DNA of 64,000 bases, from the IMG/VR virus record IMGVR_UViG_3300024255_000002. One strand, 5' to 3'. Positions 29,548-37,167 of this stretch are shown here, piece by piece. The translations under genes were made by a program, and so were the position numbers. This stretch comes from a virus. Below the pieces are notes generated by a model, which did no database searches, was not told the origin of the DNA, and saw only the letters and a list, made by a program, of their open reading frames with translations. How positions within the stretch are numbered: position 1 is the first letter of the stretch; the number at the start of each line of letters is the position of its first letter.

Positions 29548-30406
29548 AAAACCTCCATACAAAATCAAAACGTTTGTTTATAACATGAACTAATTTTGTG
29601 TCTTTAGGAATATAATATTCTATATCATAGAAGTTGTGCCATTTATCATCTAACCATTGCACCTTCACATCATTTGTTTTTATCTTGTAACTAAACAAAG
29701 TTTCATTATCATAACCAAAAATATCGACAATGTTTTTTGGAAATAGATCGTATTCATTATTGTTTTTTAAATCACCCATTAACTTTAAATCATTTTTAAA
29801 ATCACTAAAATATCCTAGTTGATTAAGATGTTCTTTATTGATTCCAATTATGCCTGTGTTAATAACATCATTGACCGGACTATGATCTGTTTCGATTAGC
29901 ATGGCCTGAGCATTAAAGTATTTTGCTGTTGGACTTCTTACACTGTGATTTTTTATTTGATGTATTTTTCTATTTTTTTTGTTTACTGAATTATTATTAT
30001 TTAAAACACATATTCCTTTTGTTAAGTCCCAAACATCAAAAAAAGACTCTTTCGTAACTGGCACAACATCAAAATCTAAGTATAATATCTCATCATACTT
30101 TTTAGATAACTCATATAGTAGATGAATCTTGTAAAAATTTATTATATTGTAAGTTGTTATTTCTGGATAGTTTTCTTTAAAGAATTTGTGATATTCTTTA
30201 TATTGATCATCATTTTCATACATCTTAAAATCAACATTAATATTTTTAGAGTATTGTTTTTTTACCTCTAAAAGTTTATGATAATGTTTTTTAAATAATT
30301 CTTTTGTTCTATTTGTTTTAGAAATATTATCCCATAGATAGGGTTTTTGATAATCTAACTCCTCATCTGGTATATCAATATATAAACTATAAATCACTTT
30401 TTTCAT
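29528..30406 (-). CDS. GT-A fold glycosyltransferase
   Basis: NFYK, LYLDFDV, INTGII, DNETLF, HVINK. Confidence 0.82.
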   Translation of the reverse strand: MKKVIYSLYIDIPDEELDYQKPYLWDNISKTNRTKELFKKHYHKLLEVKKQYSKNINVDFKMYENDDQYKEYHKFFKENYPEITTYNIINFYKIHLLYELSKKYDEILYLDFDVVPVTKESFFDVWDLTKGICVLNNNNSVNKKNRKIHQIKNHSVRSPTAKYFNAQAMLIETDHSPVNDVINTGIIGINKEHLNQLGYFSDFKNDLKLMGDLKNNNEYDLFPKNIVDIFGYDNETLFSYKIKTNDVKVQWLDDKWHNFYDIEYYIPKDTKLVHVINKRFDFVWRFYEKCDL

Positions 30407-30408
30407 AA

Positions 30409-30418
30409 CGTATATATA
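30409..30418. promoter_or_regulatory. Palindromic TATATATA element between divergent start codons
   Basis: Occupies the 18-bp gap between the ATGs at 30406(-) and 30425(+). Confidence 0.55.
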
Positions 30419-30424
30419 TTTAGT

Positions 30425-30997
30425 ATGGTAGATTATAAGCGTATTATAGAAGCAATAGATAAGTTTACAACAGATGAATTGATTAAATCAATGATCAATA
30501 GTGTCAATGACAATCAAGTTGATAGTAAGACTTGGATGGTTGATAAATTAAAACCACATTTAGAAATGATTGAAAATCCTAGTATCTGTGTAGCCGCAGG
30601 ATGGTTTGGATTGTCTGCCCATTTACTTTCAAAATATACAGATAAAAAAGTTGTATCGTTTGATATGGATCCGTTTTGCGAACCAATAGGCCGTAAGATG
30701 TTTTCTGGTGTAAAGTTTGAAACGGCAGATATGAGAGACTATGATATATCTAAGTTTGATATAATCGTTTGTACATCCTGTGAGCATGTATCAGATGAAG
30801 TATTAAACGATTTTCTTAAAAGAAAAAAGACTGCCTCTTTAGTTGTATTACAAAGTAATAACTATTATAATATAACAGGCCATATAAATTGTAAAAAGTC
30901 AATTGACGAGTTTATTGACTCTATAAATATTAATGTTATAGAAAAACACGAAAAACCATTTGAGACATTTTCTCGTTATATGGTTATAGGAACATAA
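30425..30997 (+). CDS. Class I SAM-dependent methyltransferase
   Basis: AAGWFG motif I, SFDMD, DIIVCTSCEH, LQSNNY. Confidence 0.85.
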   Translation: MVDYKRIIEAIDKFTTDELIKSMINSVNDNQVDSKTWMVDKLKPHLEMIENPSICVAAGWFGLSAHLLSKYTDKKVVSFDMDPFCEPIGRKMFSGVKFETADMRDYDISKFDIIVCTSCEHVSDEVLNDFLKRKKTASLVVLQSNNYYNITGHINCKKSIDEFIDSININVIEKHEKPFETFSRYMVIGT

Positions 30998-31005
30998 ATA
31001 TTGAT

Positions 31006-31299
31006 ATGAGTTACATAAGATACATAAAACAAACAAGACCTAATACCGATACTGCTTTCTTTAGCCCTACTGATGAAGTCGTTGCTAAAATGGATGAGTA
31101 TCAATCAGCAGGTAAAATTGAAAGTTATAATTTAGAAACTATTAGTGCAAATCAATTAGACAAAGAAATTAAAATAACATTTGATAATGAAACTAGTTTT
31201 AACGAATTTATAAGTGAAGATTTAATTATAGGTAGTAAATTAGCAAGAACAAATCATTGTTCAGATAATTCTATATCTTACTGGTTAGAGGACGAATAA
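31006..31299 (+). CDS. Hypothetical small acidic protein
   Basis: CATAAATA 5 nt upstream of the ATG. Confidence 0.7.
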   Translation: MSYIRYIKQTRPNTDTAFFSPTDEVVAKMDEYQSAGKIESYNLETISANQLDKEIKITFDNETSFNEFISEDLIIGSKLARTNHCSDNSISYWLEDE

Positions 31300-31305
31300 A
31301 ATAGT

Positions 31306-31935
31306 ATGACTGCTTTTGTTATGCTATTAATTGGTTTTATCTGGTATCAGATTATCGCAATGTTTGGTTTATCAATAGGTCTACATAGACACTTTGCACA
31401 CAATCAATTTAAAACATCTAAACTATTTGAATCAATATCTTTGTTTCTAGCAATGTTGGCATTTTCTAGGTCGCCATTAAGTTGGATAGGTGCTCACAGA
31501 ATACATCACAGATTTTCTGATACAGAAAAAGACCCTCACTCTCCTACACACAAGGGGTTTTGGAATGTTCTTTTTAATAACTGGCAAGTTAAAAAAATAG
31601 ATAGACCATTTGTAAGAGATTTATATAAGAATCCTAGAATTATGTTCTTTCATAAACATTGGTTAAAATTACATATTACAACATCAATCATAACTTTACT
31701 AATAAGTTTTAAAGTATTTTTTATATTTGTTCTTTCGCCACTAGTTTTAGGTTTTATTAGTTATGGTATCTTTAATACTTTCGGACATAAAGATAATAAA
31801 GCAGTTACTAATTATTTTATAAATTTATTATCTGCTGGTGAGGGTCATCATAATGTACACCACGCAAATCCAAAGCAAATTAAATTAAGTGATTACGATA
31901 TTTCAGGATGGATAATTGAAAGATGTTTAAAATAA
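31306..31935 (+). CDS. Membrane fatty-acid desaturase (delta-9-like)
   Basis: His boxes HRHFAH, HRIHH, GEGHHNVHH; DPHSP; TM segments. Confidence 0.92.
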   Translation: MTAFVMLLIGFIWYQIIAMFGLSIGLHRHFAHNQFKTSKLFESISLFLAMLAFSRSPLSWIGAHRIHHRFSDTEKDPHSPTHKGFWNVLFNNWQVKKIDRPFVRDLYKNPRIMFFHKHWLKLHITTSIITLLISFKVFFIFVLSPLVLGFISYGIFNTFGHKDNKAVTNYFINLLSAGEGHHNVHHANPKQIKLSDYDISGWIIERCLK

Positions 31936-32408
31936 TTGAAGACAAACCACCTCAATGGTTGTTAGATAATATTGCTAGTAGTACAGATAAATTAAAATCA
32001 AACTATACATTAGAACGACTAAAGTTAGAACAAATGATTTGTTTTTGTCTGTTATTTGAAGACGATAAAATAGTAGGGTTTAGTGGTTTACAAAAATTTG
32101 AAGGCAATACAGCTAGAGTAAATAGTAGATGTTATATAACGCCTGAATACAGACAATACAAAGTAAGAAGTGAAAGAATAAGATATCCTTGGAAATATCT
32201 TGCACCGTATCAAATTAAAGTTGCAGAAAAATTAGGTTATACAAAATTGTTTTGGTCTACTGAATTATATAAACGACCAGAAAAGACTATGAATTTAACT
32301 ATTGAATATGCCACACAATATATACCAGAGGGATGGCAATATAAAAGATTAGGTCATAAAGATATTAACGGAGTTAAACAAGAAGTATGCGAGATATTGA
32401 AATCATAG
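31923..32408 (+). CDS. GNAT-like acyltransferase
   Basis: DKIVGFSGL, RCYITPEYR, AEKLGYTKLFWST. Confidence 0.65.
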   Translation: MFKIIEDKPPQWLLDNIASSTDKLKSNYTLERLKLEQMICFCLLFEDDKIVGFSGLQKFEGNTARVNSRCYITPEYRQYKVRSERIRYPWKYLAPYQIKVAEKLGYTKLFWSTELYKRPEKTMNLTIEYATQYIPEGWQYKRLGHKDINGVKQEVCEILKS

Positions 32409-33010
32409 ATGATATAAAAAGTTTAGATGACGCTAAACAATATATGACAAAGTATGGCATAGTCAAAGATATGATTGACTTACCTGAAATTACATCTAAA
32501 GAAACTGAAGACATACCTAATCAACTATGGCACCAAGATGGTTTACAAACTGAAAATCAACCTAACTATCAGGCATTATATTGTAAGATGGCGTCAAGTG
32601 ATTGCCCTAGCACACAATATATTTCAACTAGAATATCAGATGATCTAGGTAAAAAATATGAGGGTCTAAAATGTAAATTTAATTTTAAAAAACCTATTGA
32701 TGAAGGTAGATTTTATAAGTTTGATAGTAAGTTAGATCAAAGATTATATTTAAGAAGAATTTATAAAGGTGAAAAAGACCTTATAGGTAAAGATGAACAA
32801 GGTTATTTTACAAGATGGAATGAAATGGCAGTATTAGATGGAGACGTATATAAAGAATTAGAAGATGCTGTAATGTCAAATAAAATTGAAGAAGTAGAAT
32901 GGAAAACAAACAGATTGGTTATTGCAAATAATTTTACATTATTACATAGAAGAACACCCTATAAAAATGCAACAGGAGAAAGAATTATATGTCGAGCTTA
33001 TGTCCAGTAA
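32387..33010 (+). CDS. TauD/TfdA-family Fe(II)/2OG dioxygenase
   Basis: WHQDG, W....LVIANN..LHRR, ERIICR. Confidence 0.8.
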   Translation: MRDIEIIDDIKSLDDAKQYMTKYGIVKDMIDLPEITSKETEDIPNQLWHQDGLQTENQPNYQALYCKMASSDCPSTQYISTRISDDLGKKYEGLKCKFNFKKPIDEGRFYKFDSKLDQRLYLRRIYKGEKDLIGKDEQGYFTRWNEMAVLDGDVYKELEDAVMSNKIEEVEWKTNRLVIANNFTLLHRRTPYKNATGERIICRAYVQ

Positions 33011-33507
33011 CTTTTCTTAATTTAGAACATCTTATTGATAGAGATGGATTAAGAGAAGATATGGAGTGTCAAACGTTTATTCCTTTTTCATCTTCATATG
33101 CAAATCAAGGATTTTTTAAACACGCCCCATTTTGGGAACAAGCAAGATTAGATAAGTTACCTAAACACGAAGTTCCATTTGTAAGTAAAGTAAATCAGTT
33201 GATTAAAGCAAGTCCAAGATTTTATAAACAGCACGCTAACCATAACGTGCCAGCACACAAAGATATTGATACTCTATGTTGTGTTAATATTTTAATCACA
33301 AAAGATAATGCGCCTGTTCATTTTGAAGATTGGGGAGATTACACATATCATTGTGCTTTATTAAATGTTACCCATAGACATAGAGTTGATCCTTGGCCAA
33401 AAGAAAGACATTTATTAAAGTTAAGTATATTTGATAGAACCTATGAGCAGGTAAGAGAAGAATTAAAAGATTATATTTTACCTCATCAAGGATTTGTTCA
33501 ACAATGA
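32989..33507 (+). CDS. Putative Fe(II)/2OG-type (double-stranded beta-helix) oxygenase
   Basis: PAHKD, distal H-R-V, R..LK. Confidence 0.55.
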   Translation: MSSLCPVTFLNLEHLIDRDGLREDMECQTFIPFSSSYANQGFFKHAPFWEQARLDKLPKHEVPFVSKVNQLIKASPRFYKQHANHNVPAHKDIDTLCCVNILITKDNAPVHFEDWGDYTYHCALLNVTHRHRVDPWPKERHLLKLSIFDRTYEQVREELKDYILPHQGFVQQ

Positions 33508-34076
33508 TAGCTCATTTAAATTATCAAGTAGATAAAGAACACTACAAAAAAATATTTTTTGATAGATACGATACTGGTGGATGGCACAAAGAAGGAGATG
33601 TTGTTTTAGATTATTGGTGGAAAGTTTTTAATATAGATAATGAAGTAATGCCAATAACTAAAGATTTAGGCATTGAAGATTTAGTAACTAAGCCTAGATT
33701 TTCATATCAGTTTCCAAACTCAACATTGCCCAGCCATATAGATCAGGATCGAATAATTGGTATTAATATTAATTTAATGCCAACATCACCAATTATTATT
33801 ATTAATAATAAATCTTATGAATATGAAAATTGTTTAGTGGATGTTGGTTCTAAAATACATTCTGTAGTTGCCGATGATAATCCTAGACTTGTTTTAAAAT
33901 ATGCTATAAGAAGCACATGGTCAGAAATCTATAATAGATTAAATACAAGAGGTCTTATAGACCATAAAAAAACAAAAAAAAATAACACAAATTATAGTAG
34001 TTACATATCTAATATTTTATTAAAAGATATTAAATATGTTAGAAATCAAGGCTCAATAGTAAAAAATAAAGTATAA
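33504..34076 (+). CDS. Putative Fe(II)/2OG-type oxygenase, paralog-like of the previous gene
   Basis: PRF...LPSHID, IHSV, PRLVLK. Confidence 0.55.
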   Translation: MIAHLNYQVDKEHYKKIFFDRYDTGGWHKEGDVVLDYWWKVFNIDNEVMPITKDLGIEDLVTKPRFSYQFPNSTLPSHIDQDRIIGININLMPTSPIIIINNKSYEYENCLVDVGSKIHSVVADDNPRLVLKYAIRSTWSEIYNRLNTRGLIDHKKTKKNNTNYSSYISNILLKDIKYVRNQGSIVKNKV

Positions 34077-34079
34077 ATA
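34072..34079 (+). promoter_or_regulatory. T4-type late promoter
   Basis: TATAAATA 5 nt before the ATG at 34085. Confidence 0.8.
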
Positions 34080-34084
34080 ATAGT

Positions 34085-34423
34085 ATGGCAGCTACAGCAA
34101 ACTTAGTAATAGATCAAGGATCAACCTTTGTAACAGATATAGCAATTAAAGGTGCTGATGGAAATTCAGCAAATTTAACAAACTATACTACATGTGCCAA
34201 AATGGCAAAAGGTTATGCTTCGACAAGAACTAGAGTGGAAATGACCACCTCAGTTGTTAACCCAACAGGTGGTATTATTCGTATATCATTAACTGCTGAT
34301 CAAACGGCGGCTTTAGAAGCGCCTGCAAGATATGTTTTTGATATAGAGGCAACATCACCAGATAGTACAGTTTCCAGAGTTGTAGAAGGCATAATACTGG
34401 TCAGACCAAACGTTTGTATTTGA
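34085..34423 (+). CDS. Small virion protein (BppU N-terminal-like Ig fold)
   Basis: NLVIDQGSTF, ISLTADQT..L...RYVFDI, RVVEG.I.VRP. Confidence 0.75.
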   Translation: MAATANLVIDQGSTFVTDIAIKGADGNSANLTNYTTCAKMAKGYASTRTRVEMTTSVVNPTGGIIRISLTADQTAALEAPARYVFDIEATSPDSTVSRVVEGIILVRPNVCI

Positions 34424-34424
34424 T

Positions 34425-34432
34425 TATAAATA
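34425..34432 (+). promoter_or_regulatory. T4-type late promoter
   Basis: TATAAATA. Confidence 0.7.
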
Positions 34433-34465
34433 CAACATATATTAATATATAATAAGGAGTAAATT

Positions 34466-34756
34466 ATGAGTAGTGAAACAAACAAAGTTGAACAACCAAA
34501 AGAACCAAGTATCTTTATCAATGGTAAAGAGTACAAACAAAGTGAATTATCACAAGCCTGCCTTGCTTACATCACCGTAAGACAAGATTTAGTGGGTAAC
34601 AGAAATAAACATCTATTAGAAATCGAAAAAATTGATGTTTTAACTAAACACTTTGACAGTAAAATAGAGAAAGAGTTAGAAACTCTTAACAAAACAGAAA
34701 CTACTACTGAAACTGCCGTGGAAGAAACACCTAAAGCAGACAACGTAGCATCTTAA
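34466..34756 (+). CDS. Small coiled-coil protein (possible fibre chaperone)
   Basis: AAGGAG RBS; INGKEY..SELS motif followed by heptads. Confidence 0.7.
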   Translation: MSSETNKVEQPKEPSIFINGKEYKQSELSQACLAYITVRQDLVGNRNKHLLEIEKIDVLTKHFDSKIEKELETLNKTETTTETAVEETPKADNVAS

Positions 34757-34806
34757 AAATAATCTATTTTTTCTTAAAAAATCAGTAAATTAGATCCTCT
34801 CAATCA

Positions 34807-34823
34807 TATAAATATTATAAATA
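34807..34823 (+). promoter_or_regulatory. Tandem late promoters
   Basis: TATAAATA at 34807 and 34816. Confidence 0.75.
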
Positions 34824-34852
34824 TAAGTATCTTATATAAGAGAGAGGATTTA

Positions 34853-35074
34853 ATGTCAGTAAACAAGTTATTTGTAACTTCCGGACTAGTAACAGTCACA
34901 ACACCTTCAATAGGTACCACATCAACTTCAGTTTCCGCTTTAGGCGATGTCGATTTATCTGAATTGGGGGATGGCGCTGTTTTACAATGGAACAATAATA
35001 CTAAAAAATGGACAAGTAGAACTGAAATAAAAACTGATACCGGCGAATTAATCCTCAACGCAGGTTTTTATTAA
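34853..35074 (+). CDS. Small virion protein
   Basis: LGDVD....DGAVLQWN...KW, C-terminal NAGFY. Confidence 0.7.
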   Translation: MSVNKLFVTSGLVTVTTPSIGTTSTSVSALGDVDLSELGDGAVLQWNNNTKKWTSRTEIKTDTGELILNAGFY

Positions 35075-35107
35075 CAACAAAATTAATTATTTTTAGGAGA
35101 GATAGAC

Positions 35108-37120
35108 ATGTCAACAATAATTAAAATAAAACGATCAGGCTCTACGGGTTCACCTACAGCATTAGGTGCTGGGGAACTTGCCTATTCATGGAGTACAAAT
35201 AAACTCTATGTAGGTTATGGGACTGAAACAGGTGGTGCAGCTGCCAATATCGGAGAAATAGGTGGTACTTATTATACTGACTTTTTTCCAACTACGGCTG
35301 GAACTGTCGAAGCAAGTAAACTACTTTTAGTAGATTCAAACAAAAAATTAAACGAGTTATTAGTAGATAATTTAACTATAGACGGAAATACAATTACATC
35401 AACAACTGGTGACATTGTATTATCTTCAAATGGTGATATTGATGCTAATAGTAATGTAATCAAAAACGTAACTGATCCTTCAAATGATCAGGATGCTGCT
35501 ACAAAAAAATATGTAGATGATAATCTAGCAGATTTAGGTGGCGCTATGACTATCGCTGATGATAGTTCAAGTACAATTGAAATTCTATTCAATACTGAAG
35601 ACTTGACTATGGCAGGTGGAACTGGTATTAATTCTTCAGTAAGTGGTAACACAGTAACTTACTCAATTGATAACACAGTTGTTACATTAGACGACACTCA
35701 AACATTAACAAACAAAACATTAACAAGTCCTGTTATTGGAACAATTTCTAATACTGGAACGTTAACGTTACCTACTTCAACTGATACACTAGTTGGTAAA
35801 GCAACAACTGATACGTTCACAAACAAATCAATTGACTTGTCAACTAACACTGTAACAGGTACAACTGCTGAATTCAATACTGCATTGTCTGATGGTTCAT
35901 TCTCAACTTTAGATGGAACTGAAACATTAACAAACAAAACTATTGATTTAACAGACAATACATTATCTGGAACAACTGCTGAATTTAATGCAGCTTTATC
36001 TGATAATGATTTTGCTACATTGGCAGGAACAGAAACATTAACAAATAAAACTTTAACAGAAGCTAAAATTGCTGATGCTGGTTTTATTGCTGATGCTAAT
36101 GGTAACGAACAAATTATCTTTACAACAACTACAGGTGCTGTAAACTCATTAAAAGTAACAAACTCTGCTACTGGAACAGGTGTAGAAATTGCTTCTGTTG
36201 GTGATGATACAAACATTGATTTAGTATTAAATGCTAAAGGAACTGGTTCAGTTGATGTAAACGATAAGAAAATTATTAACCTTGCATTACCAACGCAAGA
36301 CCAAGACGCAGCTAGTAAAGCATACGTTGACAGTGTTGCAAATGGTTTAGATGTTAAAGATTCAGTTAGAGTTGCTACAACTTCAGCTGGTACTTTAGCT
36401 TCAAACTTTTCAAATGGTGATACTATTGATGGTATTACACTTGCAACAGGTGATAGAATCTTAATTAAAGATCAATCAACTGGTTCTGAAAATGGTATCT
36501 ATGTAGTTAACGCTTCAGGTGCTCCAACAAGAGCTGAAGATTTTGACTCAGATGCTGGTGTTAGTTCAGGTGCATTTACATTTGTTGAAGAAGGAACAGT
36601 AAACGCTGATAGTGGTTATGTATTATCAACTGATGGTGCAATCACAATTGATACAACTGCATTAGTATTTACACAGTTCTCTGGTGCTGGTTCAGTAACA
36701 GCTGGTGCTGCTTTAACAAAAACTGGAAATACTTTAGATGTTGCTGTTGATAACTCAACAATCGAAGTTACTTCGGATGCGTTAAATGTAAAAGATGCTG
36801 GTATTGGTGCTAGTCAATTAGCTACTAATGCTGTTACAACTGATAAAATTTTAGACAGTAACGTAACTAACGCAAAACTGGCTAACAGTTCAATTAGTTT
36901 TGAAGACGAAACAGCAACTGCTGGTTCAGTTTCACTTGGTGGAACTTTAGAGTTCTTAGCTGGTGAAGGTATCTCAACAACTGCTAGTGGTTCTACACTA
37001 ACAATTGCTGGTGAATTAGCAACAAACTCAAACATTGGTGTTGCTTCATTCAGTTCAGATAACTTTACTGTATCAAGTGGTGACGTAACAGTTACAGCAA
37101 TTGATGGTGGATCTTACTAA
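35108..37120 (+). CDS. Long tail fibre protein
   Basis: IKIKRS...P..L..GELA N-terminus, TLTNKT repeats, DAATKKYVD, QSTGSENGIY, C-terminal IDGGSY; no Cys. Confidence 0.85.
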   Translation: MSTIIKIKRSGSTGSPTALGAGELAYSWSTNKLYVGYGTETGGAAANIGEIGGTYYTDFFPTTAGTVEASKLLLVDSNKKLNELLVDNLTIDGNTITSTTGDIVLSSNGDIDANSNVIKNVTDPSNDQDAATKKYVDDNLADLGGAMTIADDSSSTIEILFNTEDLTMAGGTGINSSVSGNTVTYSIDNTVVTLDDTQTLTNKTLTSPVIGTISNTGTLTLPTSTDTLVGKATTDTFTNKSIDLSTNTVTGTTAEFNTALSDGSFSTLDGTETLTNKTIDLTDNTLSGTTAEFNAALSDNDFATLAGTETLTNKTLTEAKIADAGFIADANGNEQIIFTTTTGAVNSLKVTNSATGTGVEIASVGDDTNIDLVLNAKGTGSVDVNDKKIINLALPTQDQDAASKAYVDSVANGLDVKDSVRVATTSAGTLASNFSNGDTIDGITLATGDRILIKDQSTGSENGIYVVNASGAPTRAEDFDSDAGVSSGAFTFVEEGTVNADSGYVLSTDGAITIDTTALVFTQFSGAGSVTAGAALTKTGNTLDVAVDNSTIEVTSDALNVKDAGIGASQLATNAVTTDKILDSNVTNAKLANSSISFEDETATAGSVSLGGTLEFLAGEGISTTASGSTLTIAGELATNSNIGVASFSSDNFTVSSGDVTVTAIDGGSY

Positions 37121-37167
37121 TAATTAATTTTATTAATAAGAACCTGTCATTATAATATAAGGAATGT

